Positions 10,942 through 18,980 of a stretch of DNA of 64,000 nucleotides are shown piece after piece. Both the position numbers and the translations under genes were made by a program. The DNA is from Planctomycetota bacterium (GTDB taxonomy: Bacteria > Planctomycetota > UBA1135 > GCA-002686595). The stretch is taken from positions 35,610 through 99,609 of the forward strand of contig JBLFWN010000006.1 of NCBI GenBank assembly GCA_047611405.1, in the 5' to 3' direction. Under the pieces are notes generated by a model, which had not been told where the DNA came from, searched no databases, and worked only from the letters and a program-made list of their open reading frames with translations. Within the stretch, counting starts at the first letter, position 1. The number at the start of each line of letters is the position of its first letter.

Positions 10942-11646
10942 ATGAAGCACGTCTCGATCCTGTTGATGTCCGCCGCCGCTCTTTGCGCATGCCATTCCGA
11001 CGATGCCATGGAATCCATGCCCGATGCGGCCGAAGCGGGACCGCAGTGGACTTCCCTCTTCGACGGAGCGACCTTCGAACACTGGAAGGGCTACGGTCAA
11101 GACACGATGCCGGCCGGCTGGGTCGTCGATGATGGAGCGATGTTCGCATCCGAGCCCGGCCAAGGCATGGACTTGATTTCGCGCGCGCCTTTCACCAGCT
11201 TCGAATTCGAGTTCGATTGGAAGGTCAAGGAAGCCGGGAATAGCGGCGTGATGTGGCACGTCGATGAGTCTGCGGGTAGCTATCCCTGGATGACCGGTCC
11301 CGAGTATCAATTGCTCGATGATGGTGCGCACAACGACGGCGCTGTCAGCAAGAACAGCGCAGCATCTAACTACGATGTCTACACGCCAAGCAAGGCCATG
11401 ACGAATCCCGCGGGCGAGTGGAACGAAGCACGCATCGTCGTAGATGGAGCGCACGTCGAGCACTGGCTCAATGGCGAGATGGTCGTCACCTATGAGAAAG
11501 GCAGCGACGATTGGACGACTCGAGTCGCGGGATCGAAGTGGGCTACGATGGAAAGCTATGGGTCGACTTCGACCGGACACCTCGCGATCCAAGGAGATCA
11601 CGGAGCTGTGTGGTTTCGGAACCTAAGGATTCGAGAACTGAACTGA
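10942..11646 (+). CDS. DUF1080-family (3-keto-disaccharide hydrolase-like) lipoprotein
   Basis: 234 aa with a lipoprotein-type signal, LLMSAAALCAC. Family motifs: WTSLFDGATFEHWKGY, FEFEFDWKVKEAGNSGVMWH, PEYQLLDD, GEWNEARIVVDGAHVEHWLNGEMV, LAIQGDHGAVWFRNLRIREL. Confidence 0.9.
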   Translation: MKHVSILLMSAAALCACHSDDAMESMPDAAEAGPQWTSLFDGATFEHWKGYGQDTMPAGWVVDDGAMFASEPGQGMDLISRAPFTSFEFEFDWKVKEAGNSGVMWHVDESAGSYPWMTGPEYQLLDDGAHNDGAVSKNSAASNYDVYTPSKAMTNPAGEWNEARIVVDGAHVEHWLNGEMVVTYEKGSDDWTTRVAGSKWATMESYGSTSTGHLAIQGDHGAVWFRNLRIRELN

Positions 11647-11669
11647 GCGTCATTCCGCGTCAAACAACA

Positions 11670-11714
11670 AAGCATCCCCGAGCGTCCAAGGACGCTCGGG
11701 GATGCTTGCTATTT
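11670..11714 (+). terminator. putative intrinsic terminator of the DUF1080 gene
   Basis: An 18-bp perfect palindrome, AAGCATCCCCGAGCGTCC/GGACGCTCGGGGATGCTT (11670-11707), starts 24 nt after the stop. It is followed by GCTATTT. Confidence 0.6.
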
Positions 11715-12082
11715 GGGGTGCTCAAGTCGCCTGGATTCAACTAGGTATCCGCCAGCGTTGGGGACATGGATACCGTGCGAGCGCGCCAGCGGGCGGACTC
11801 ATGCAGAGTCGCTGTGTGAATACAGCTTTTCCTTCGCAACTCCTTGGGTCCGTGCAGCTATCGCATTCGACCGGGATAGCGGCCGGTTGCATCTATGCGA
11901 CGAATAGATCCGGAGCGTCCACTCACTAACATCCGCACCGAATCCGAGACAAATCTTGGATTGTGAACTCCACGAGCTTCGCCTAGAGGTCGAGGTTATC
12001 GATGGAGAGATGGAAGCTGCAGTTCAATGCAGATCCGCGACAAGCCTTCTCTGCTTGATGCAGACAACTAAGGATTCTCATC

Positions 12083-13963
12083 ATGAAGTCACGACCCCAA
12101 GGCCTGAGAAGAAGTGTGCGTATGGCAAGCGCGTTCACACTGATCGAGTTGCTAATCGTCGTTGTGATCCTCGGTGTACTGGCAGCATTCGTCATACCCG
12201 CGTTGCTTCAACGCGGTGGTGAGACTCTGCCCGCAGATCCGGATGCCAGCGCTGTGCAACAACTAGCGCAAGAAGCGACTCCACTGGAGACTCTTGCCGG
12301 CACGCCGCCAGTTATTGACAGCGCAAGCATCGACATTCGCATCACGCAGCGCGAGCACCGCAATGGCTCGAGTGTCTACAACCGCTACACCGCGGCATAT
12401 ACCGGCGGATTCCTGCTGGAAGCGGCACGAGCCGGTGAGACGACCCGTTTCAGCATTCCACTTCCTGAGGGCGCCGAGGAAGCAGAGGATGTCGCCCTGA
12501 CTTTGGAAGGAGCTGGGTACACGGGTCCGGTTGACCTGCGCTCGGTCAGCATCGGCATCCATGCGATCCAATGGTCCGGTCAGATCCCAGTCACAGAAGC
12601 CGATGGTCCCTTGCTTGCCACGGTCTCCTTCACAGCAAAAGGGACAGGTCGCTTCGTGTTGCCATTGCCTGAGTCGAGTGGAATTCGCTCCTTCCAAACA
12701 CGGGTCACCTTGGTCGATATGCCACGCCTGCCCATTCCGGCCAGCTCACTCGAGCCCAAGTCAGTACACGAGGATGTACACAAGGGCATTGCGTATACGT
12801 GGAGCTACGCAAACCTGGTCAGCGAGCGACCGATCATCATCGACTTGCCTGCGATTCAGAGTCCGCTCGCGCGCGTGCTGTTCATGCTGCGCTTGGTCGG
12901 GCTGGCAATCCTCCTATTCGGCCTCGGCTTCTGGTACCTGGTCGAAGGCTATGAAGCGGGTCGCCTCGAAGACTTTCGATGGCGCCACTTCTTGCTGCTT
13001 GGCTTGACGTACTCGCTGTTCTTCGCGGTGTTCGTCGTCTGTGGCTTCCAAGGCGTCGACACACCCACGTCACTGTTGATCTCTACGGCAGTCTCATTGC
13101 CATTACTGATCTGGCACACGGCCTCGATCGTCGATTGGAAGTTTGCGGCTAAGTACAGCCTGCCGCTCGTCGCCTTAACGACGGGCTTGGTCATCAATGG
13201 CGTCTACGGCGGCGAATGGCGGAACTACGTATTCTTGGGCGCGGCAGCATTCGTCGTCGCCTTCCTGACCTTCACGATGGAAGGCTTGGTGAACAAGCAG
13301 AACGAGCGTAGTACCCAGCTCGAGGCGGAATTGAGAGAACAGCTACAAGCACTCGAACCTCTGAGTCATGACCTGAGTCAGGCAAGCACCCAAGCCGCGG
13401 CCTTGATGACGCGTCGCAAGGATGTGTCCCAGGAAGAGCTACGGGTCCAGTTGACTGAAGACCGTGAGGTCGCCGGCCAACTGCTCGACCAATACCGAGG
13501 GCTCGACAAGCGTAGCCTGGGAATGACTCAGCGTGTTGGCTTGGAACGCCGCGAGGATCGAGCAACGATTAGAACCGGGCTCTTTGGACTGAGGCAGGCC
13601 CTCGAGCAGAGGGTCCACAGGCTCGAGGCTTCGAATTCATCCTTGACCGATCTGATCGAGGCGGCCGATGCTCGTGCCGAGCTACGCGCAGAACAAACAC
13701 GGATCAAGATGGAGCAGCAGCAAGACCATGTCCTGCATGACAAGGTCCACTGCATCGCGTGTGGGCACGGCTGGGAGGGCTCGCGGCACTGTCCCGAGTG
13801 CGGCGTGAGACGACCGAGCGAGTTGACCTGCGAGAGCTGCGAGACAAGCCTCCCGTTGCCGGTCCACTTATTTGATCCGAACGCTGAACCTCAACAGCTC
13901 CATTGCCCAACCTGTGGTGATCGGCATGCGGGTGCGTCAACGGACTGGTTCTTGACGACCTGA
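12083..13963 (+). CDS. membrane protein: prepilin-type N-terminal leader/helix, periplasmic domain, 5 further TM helices, cytoplasmic coiled coil, C-terminal double zinc ribbon
   Basis: 626 aa with AAGGA 9 nt upstream of the ATG. The N-terminus RMASAFTLIELLIVVVILGVLAAFVIPA is the prepilin methylation-type motif. Hydrophobic helices lie around aa 262-405. A heptad-like region follows (LEAELREQLQALEPL...RVHRLEASNSSLTDLIEAADARAELRAEQ). The C-terminus carries four CxxC pairs: CIAC, CPEC, CESC, CPTC. Confidence 0.75.
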   Translation: MKSRPQGLRRSVRMASAFTLIELLIVVVILGVLAAFVIPALLQRGGETLPADPDASAVQQLAQEATPLETLAGTPPVIDSASIDIRITQREHRNGSSVYNRYTAAYTGGFLLEAARAGETTRFSIPLPEGAEEAEDVALTLEGAGYTGPVDLRSVSIGIHAIQWSGQIPVTEADGPLLATVSFTAKGTGRFVLPLPESSGIRSFQTRVTLVDMPRLPIPASSLEPKSVHEDVHKGIAYTWSYANLVSERPIIIDLPAIQSPLARVLFMLRLVGLAILLFGLGFWYLVEGYEAGRLEDFRWRHFLLLGLTYSLFFAVFVVCGFQGVDTPTSLLISTAVSLPLLIWHTASIVDWKFAAKYSLPLVALTTGLVINGVYGGEWRNYVFLGAAAFVVAFLTFTMEGLVNKQNERSTQLEAELREQLQALEPLSHDLSQASTQAAALMTRRKDVSQEELRVQLTEDREVAGQLLDQYRGLDKRSLGMTQRVGLERREDRATIRTGLFGLRQALEQRVHRLEASNSSLTDLIEAADARAELRAEQTRIKMEQQQDHVLHDKVHCIACGHGWEGSRHCPECGVRRPSELTCESCETSLPLPVHLFDPNAEPQQLHCPTCGDRHAGASTDWFLTT

Positions 13964-13976
13964 CGAGCAAGGTTGC

Positions 13977-14010
13977 GGGGGGAGACGTGTCTCTCATCTC
14001 CCCCCCATTT
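13977..14010 (+). terminator. possible intrinsic terminator
   Basis: 9-bp G/C-rich stem GGGGGGAGA (13977-13985) / TCTCCCCCC (13997-14005) with an 11-nt loop, followed by CATTT. It starts 14 nt after the stop at 13963. Confidence 0.35.
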
Positions 14011-14379
14011 ACTCAATCCCGCGCCGGCTCCGGATTCAGGTTCAACTCAATGGATCCGCCATCCGTGCCCTCGGTGACTTCGAAGTGCCCCTCACCAGCC
14101 AGACGGACAGGTCCATCCCAGGACGCGTTCGTTTGCATGGAGTAACCGTGCCCCGCCTGGAAGCCAACCGAGCACGAAGCAGAAGTACTCCATCTGCCCC
14201 GACTTGCCGAGCTGACCGCGCGCTTCGCACTGAACCAGCTCTCGATCCTGCGCATCGAAGATCCGCAACAGGAGAGACTGAGACACCGCCGCGCCAAGCG
14301 GCGCTCGAACGCGGATCATGCGCTCGTCACAAGGGCGCAATCGAAGCTGACACTGGCATTCTCGCCCGCGGACAATTCG

Positions 14380-14912
14380 ATGCTCTTGGTGAGAGTCTCG
14401 ACGCCGCTCGCGAGAAGCGTCAAGATGAATACGACGGATGAGAACGGCCGGTTCACGATCGTCGATGCACAGCCCGATGGGCACAACTGGACCTGCGCGC
14501 GCGCCGATGGTTTTACGCAATCAGTCTGGCACTACCTCGAATGTGCAGCCTGCAGCAATATGGAAATAACGCTTATCGTCAAGCACGCAGGCATGCAGCT
14601 AAGTGGCACTGTGGTCGATGGGGCGGCACCCCAATCGCTGCTGCCCACGTCTTGATCGGCTTCGAATCGGCCAACCGCTCCGCAACGGTCCGATCATCCG
14701 GCGACGACAAAGGTACGCGTTGGGGTGGACAACCTCGTCGCGTGCGGAGCCGGAAAGACGGAAGCTGTCGATTCGATCATTTGCCAATGGCTCGCCTGCC
14801 ACTGCGAGTTCAAGCGCCGGGTGGCCTGCTTATCGAATGCGATCTGCAGCCCCCAAGGGCGGGGCTTATCTACGAGCCACGAACTCTGACGCTGCGCGCT
14901 TCAAAAGAGTAG
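14380..14912 (+). pseudogene. carboxypeptidase-regulatory-like (CarboxypepD_reg) repeat protein remnant, frameshifted, N-terminus unclear
   Basis: ORF 14380-14655 contains TDENGRFTIVDAQPDGHNWTCARADGF and ends ...LSGTVVDGA. The continuation TPIAAAHVLIG...RKDGSCRFDHLPMARLPLRVQAPG is in another frame (ORF 14541-14912). No usable start codon exists upstream in the frame that is open from 14146. Confidence 0.35.
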
Positions 14913-14932
14913 CCCTCGCGTCGCTGCCTCGC

Positions 14933-16312
14933 TTAGGGCTTGGCGGGATCGAAGGCCATTTCGCTCACCTCGAGTACAGGCCTGGCTTCGGCCGTGATGC
15001 GTTCATCCGCATTGATTGCAAGCGCGGTAAGTTCGGCGACGCGTTCCGGATAGTCGGCCGCAACATTACGCTTCTCCGAAACATCGAACTCCACCTGGAA
15101 GAGTTCAGGCCCCGTTAGCAGCAACTTCCACGGCCCCTGGCGAATCCCAGCCAATTCGCCTTTGCTGGTGTAGTACAGGAATTGTTCGGTCGGGCTCGAA
15201 GCTGAGGGATCATCCCGCAGAATCGGCGCGATGTCGTGACCGTCGATCATTCGATACCCGGACAAGGCAACCCCGGCAAGGGCAGCGATAGTCGGCAGCA
15301 AGTCCATGGAAGTCGTAACCGAGTCATTCGTGCGACCTGCCGGGACGTGTTCGGGCCAGTGGATGATGCACGGCACACGCTGCCCACCTTCCCAGTTCGA
15401 ACCCTTCCCGCCACGCAGCAGACCGGCACTGCCGCCCTTCGACTTGAAGGGCAGCCAAGGTCCGTTGTCGCTCGTGAAGACAAAGAGAGTGTTCTCGAGC
15501 ACTCCATTGCGTTCCAAGCCTTCGCGCAGCCGCCCGACGCTATCGTCGATCTCTTCGATGACATCCCCATACAATCCACGAGTGCTCTTACCTTCGAAAG
15601 CTTCGGATGCGTAGAGCGGGATGTGCGGCATCGAGTGCGGCAAATACACGAAGAATGGCTCGTCCGCGTTGGCATCGATGAAGTCCAGCGCCGCATCCGT
15701 GTAGCGCTTTGTCAACAAGCGTTGGTCCGGCTCCCACTCGATGACACTACTGTCTCGCATCAGTGGTAGGCGGTAGCCATAGCCGTTGTCAGGCTCGCGA
15801 TGAATTTGGGCCATGTCGTTCGAGTACGGCACGCCGTAAAAAGTATCGAAGCCTTGATCGGTCGGCAGCAGACCCGGCCTATGTCCCAAGTGCCACTTCC
15901 CGAAACAGCCTGTCGCGTAACCCACATCCCCCAACATGTCGGCGATCGTTATCTCGTCGCGATGCAGCCCATAGTCGTAGTCAGGAAAGATCACATGCTG
16001 ATGCATGCCTACGCGCTTGGGATAACAACCGGTCAGCAAAGCCGCGCGCGACGGAGAGCACACAGGTGATGCCACATAGAATTGTGACAGCTTGATCCCA
16101 CCCGCGGCCAGCGCGTCCAAGTGCGGAGTCGCGATCGTCGGATGACCGTAGCAGCCAACATCCCCGTAGCCTTGATCGTCAGTGAAGACGATCACGATAT
16201 TGGGTCGAGAGCCGGCCCCCATCGCAGGCAGTAGGGACTGTTCGTGACGAGTCGAGCTGCACGCTTGAAGAAGCAGCAACAACAGAGGGATGGATCGGTG
16301 ACTCTGGCGCAT
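14933..16312 (-). CDS. sulfatase (Cys-type, formylglycine-dependent) with lipoprotein-like signal
   Basis: 459 aa. Signal LLLLLQAC. Motifs: IVIVFTDDQGYGDVGCYG and the sulfatase signature CSPSRAALLTGCYPKRVG. The C-terminal sulfatase fold is conserved. Confidence 0.9.
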   Translation of the reverse strand: MRQSHRSIPLLLLLLQACSSTRHEQSLLPAMGAGSRPNIVIVFTDDQGYGDVGCYGHPTIATPHLDALAAGGIKLSQFYVASPVCSPSRAALLTGCYPKRVGMHQHVIFPDYDYGLHRDEITIADMLGDVGYATGCFGKWHLGHRPGLLPTDQGFDTFYGVPYSNDMAQIHREPDNGYGYRLPLMRDSSVIEWEPDQRLLTKRYTDAALDFIDANADEPFFVYLPHSMPHIPLYASEAFEGKSTRGLYGDVIEEIDDSVGRLREGLERNGVLENTLFVFTSDNGPWLPFKSKGGSAGLLRGGKGSNWEGGQRVPCIIHWPEHVPAGRTNDSVTTSMDLLPTIAALAGVALSGYRMIDGHDIAPILRDDPSASSPTEQFLYYTSKGELAGIRQGPWKLLLTGPELFQVEFDVSEKRNVAADYPERVAELTALAINADERITAEARPVLEVSEMAFDPAKP

Positions 16313-16448
16313 GCAGAGAGACTGGGCGAAGGCGTGCCGCGTGTCCAGTTCCTTTGTGTCCCCCGCGATAGCGCGTTGGGGCGCTGGTCGCGACCTCCGC
16401 TGTCAAACACAGTCTACAGACCCAGACTCAATCGCTCGCCCGTCTCGT

Positions 16449-17213
16449 CTACTCAGACGCTCCGCAGACCGTGCAGGTGGGCTGACGTTCGATGTCCAGT
16501 GCTCGAAAAATCATGTCGCGCAGATCATACGTCAGGAGCTTCCCGGCCAAGCTCTCGCCAATGCCTGATAGCACCTTGATCACTTCCATTGCAGCCATGC
16601 AGCCGACGCTGCCGGAGACGGCGCCGAAGACCGGAAACTCTCTCTTCCAAAGGGGCGGAGTCTCGGGATAGATGCAGGCCAGGCAGGCCGTCTCCATCGG
16701 TTGAATCGTCGTAATCTGACACTGCAACTCGTACATCGCGCATTCCACCATCGGCTTGCGTTGGCTGACGATGGCACGATTCATTGCGAAACGTTCTTCG
16801 AAGAGAGGAGCACAGTCCACGACGATGTCCGCTTGTTGCACTAAGGCGTCGGCATTCCCCTCGCCAATGTTCTCAGGCACCAGTTCGAGCTCGAGACGCG
16901 GGTTCAGGTCGAGTAGGCGGCGGCCAATCGAATCAATGCGTGGAGTGCCCAGCGCGTCGTGCGTCATCAACAGTTGACGATTGAGATCGCTTGGCTTGAT
17001 GTCTCCGGCGTGCGCCAGCACGAGCTTGCCAATGCCTGCCGCAGCCAACTCGTAGGCGACCACCGAACCGAGTCCGCCGATGCGCGAGATCAGTACACTC
17101 GAAGCCTTAAGGCGCTCTTGCCCCTCTTCACCAAAGCCCGGCACGGACATCTGCCATGCATAGACGGCGCGCTCGTGATCAGTCAGAGGGGTTCTATGTT
17201 GCTGCATGCTCAC
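16449..17213 (-). CDS. moeB: ThiF/MoeB/HesA-family E1-like adenylyltransferase (molybdopterin-synthase adenylyltransferase-like)
   Basis: 254 aa. Nucleotide-binding motif ISRIGGLGSVVAYELAAAGIGKLVLAHAGDIKPSDLNRQ. Two CxxC pairs (CLAC, CTVC). The GTG start overlaps the upstream stop (GTGA). Confidence 0.8.
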   Translation of the reverse strand: MSMQQHRTPLTDHERAVYAWQMSVPGFGEEGQERLKASSVLISRIGGLGSVVAYELAAAGIGKLVLAHAGDIKPSDLNRQLLMTHDALGTPRIDSIGRRLLDLNPRLELELVPENIGEGNADALVQQADIVVDCAPLFEERFAMNRAIVSQRKPMVECAMYELQCQITTIQPMETACLACIYPETPPLWKREFPVFGAVSGSVGCMAAMEVIKVLSGIGESLAGKLLTYDLRDMIFRALDIERQPTCTVCGASE

Positions 17214-17494
17214 CCTCCTGCGATCGGGCTGAAGAGGAAAATCGAGTCGCCGTCTGACAAAGCCGGATCCGAGCCAGGCGGCAGAGTCGCGCCTGCCAAG
17301 GTAGCAATCACAGTGCGGGACCGAGCTCCGTCCTCATCCAGGATCCAACAGCAGGACTCGTCACCATGATCTCGCACGAGCTGCTGCAAGACTTGCGCGA
17401 GTGTCGCGCCAGCCGGGACTTCAAGCTGCAGCGCCCCAGCGCCGAAAACGACACGTAGCTGGGCCATCAATTCGATCGTGATTCGCATACTCAT
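17210..17494 (-). CDS. moaD: MoaD/ThiS-family ubiquitin-like sulfur-carrier protein (C-terminal GG)
   Basis: 94 aa ending ...SIFLFSPIAGG. ATGA overlap with the upstream ATPase gene and GTGA overlap with the moeB-like gene. Confidence 0.75.
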   Translation of the reverse strand: MSMRITIELMAQLRVVFGAGALQLEVPAGATLAQVLQQLVRDHGDESCCWILDEDGARSRTVIATLAGATLPPGSDPALSDGDSIFLFSPIAGG

Positions 17495-18141
17495 TTCGGT
17501 CCGGAGTCTACTCGGATGTGTCCTTCTTCGATGCGCAAGACACGCTCCGCCAAGCGCACCACATCGCGAGAGTCATGCGTCACGTGCAGCAGAGTCACTT
17601 CGCTTTCGGAGTGAAGCTGCGAGAGGACCTGCGAGAGTTCCTCGCGGCTCTCGTCATCAAGCGCCGAAAGAGGCTCGTCAAGGAGCAAGACCTGCGGCTC
17701 TGCTGCCATCGCCCTCCCAAGAGCAACGCGTTGGCGTTCGCCCCCGGACAAATCACGCGCATTGCGCTCCAACAGATGCACCAAGTTCAGAGATCGGGCC
17801 AGTTCTTCGCAACGCGCGTCGATCTCGGACCTGCTGCGCTTGCGCACGCGCAGTGCGAAACCAAGGTTCTCGGCCACGGTCATGGTTGGGAACAGAACCG
17901 CATCTTGCGGAACATACCCGATACCTCGATCCGCAGGCCGCTTCGTCGTCACGTCTTCGCCTGCGATTCGAATGCTGCCCGAGCGAACGGCGGCAAGCCC
18001 GACCAGGCTTTCCAACAAGCTCGTCTTGCCACAACCCGTACGCCCCATCAGAGCGGTGTAGCTACCCGCAGGCACACTGAAGTTCAGGTCCGTCAGAGCG
18101 AATGCACCACGAAGGATGCAGAGATTGTCCACTTCGATCAT
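17491..18141 (-). CDS. ABC transporter ATP-binding protein (molybdate/tungstate/sulfate-type importer, no TOBE domain)
   Basis: The start is taken at MIEVDNLCI (residue 70 of ORF 17491-18348) because that ATG overlaps the permease stop as ATGA. Walker A GRTGCGKTS, signature LSGGERQRVALGRA, Walker B VLLLDEP. Confidence 0.8.
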   Translation of the reverse strand: MIEVDNLCILRGAFALTDLNFSVPAGSYTALMGRTGCGKTSLLESLVGLAAVRSGSIRIAGEDVTTKRPADRGIGYVPQDAVLFPTMTVAENLGFALRVRKRSRSEIDARCEELARSLNLVHLLERNARDLSGGERQRVALGRAMAAEPQVLLLDEPLSALDDESREELSQVLSQLHSESEVTLLHVTHDSRDVVRLAERVLRIEEGHIRVDSGPK

Positions 18142-18980
18142 CGCACCACGCCTCCCGAACCAAGCAAGCGAGCTATGACCAGGACAAGCACGGCAGCGCC
18201 GACCAAAATCAAAGACACTGCGACGGCTGCCCGCAAGTCGCCGATCGACAGTTCGAGGAAGATCGTCGAGGGTAAGACCTCGGTCTTGCCGCGCGTCGCG
18301 CCAGCGAACACCAAGACAGGACCGAACTCCCCCAACGCGCGCGCCCACGCGAGCAATCCGGCTGCGAGCGCACCCGGCCCCGCTTCAGGCAAAGCCACCC
18401 ACCAAAAAGCTCGTGCACGGCTGCAGCCCAAGGTCAACGCAACCGCTTCACGACGCGGATCGATCGCATCGAAGGTCACGCGCATCGTGCGCACCGCGAA
18501 AGCGCAAGCGACGCTGAACTGCGCCAAGATCACGCCGGGCACTTCAAAAGTAAACGGCAGCACGCGCTCGACGGCCCGCCCAAGAGGTGTCTGGAACAAG
18601 ATCAATAGCGACAAGCCGATCACCATCGGCGGCAGCAGGATCGGGATATCCAACAGGCTGTCGAGTAGAGAGCGACCGCGGAATTGTTGCCGCGAAAGTA
18701 GGTAGCCGATCGGGATCGCGAATCCGACCGAGAGGATGGCAGTGATTGTCGAGGACAACAGCGACAACTGCAGCGCGTCGCGAATCTCGGGTCGGCGCAA
18801 GGCTTCCAGAATCGCGGCGGGAGATGTATAGGTCGCATCGGCAGCGAGCATCGCGAGGACGAGGCCGATGTACAGGATGACGAAGGTCCACAAGCTGGCC
18901 CCGAAACCGGCGTCCGCTTTGACCCAAGGCCCAAGCCTGCCCGCTACTTGATCACTCGCCTCCGAATGCGCAGTTCTCAT
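18138..18980 (-). CDS. modB: ABC transporter permease, CysTW/ModB family
   Basis: The ATG at 18980 (MRTAHSE) overlaps the upstream stop as ATGA. About 6 TM helices. EAA-like loop: DPRREAVALTLGCSRARAFWWVALPEAGPG. Confidence 0.8.
   Translation of the reverse strand: MRTAHSEASDQVAGRLGPWVKADAGFGASLWTFVILYIGLVLAMLAADATYTSPAAILEALRRPEIRDALQLSLLSSTITAILSVGFAIPIGYLLSRQQFRGRSLLDSLLDIPILLPPMVIGLSLLILFQTPLGRAVERVLPFTFEVPGVILAQFSVACAFAVRTMRVTFDAIDPRREAVALTLGCSRARAFWWVALPEAGPGALAAGLLAWARALGEFGPVLVFAGATRGKTEVLPSTIFLELSIGDLRAAVAVSLILVGAAVLVLVIARLLGSGGVVR

Noticed and set aside
14013-14297. The minus-strand ORF ending ...GYSMQTNASWDGPVRLAGEGHFEVTEGTDGGSIELNLNPEPARD as a real gene 3' end.
   Set aside because: Third-position GC is similar on both strands here, no start or family could be assigned, and it conflicts with the plus-strand open frame from 14146. 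It is left unannotated as ambiguous.
16449-17494. The MoaD-like GG protein plus E1-like enzyme as a bacterial ubiquitination-like (Bil/Bub-type) defence module.
   Set aside because: There is no E2-like, JAB/DUB or effector gene. The pair is translationally coupled to a ModABC-like importer, which points to sulfur-carrier/Moco chemistry.
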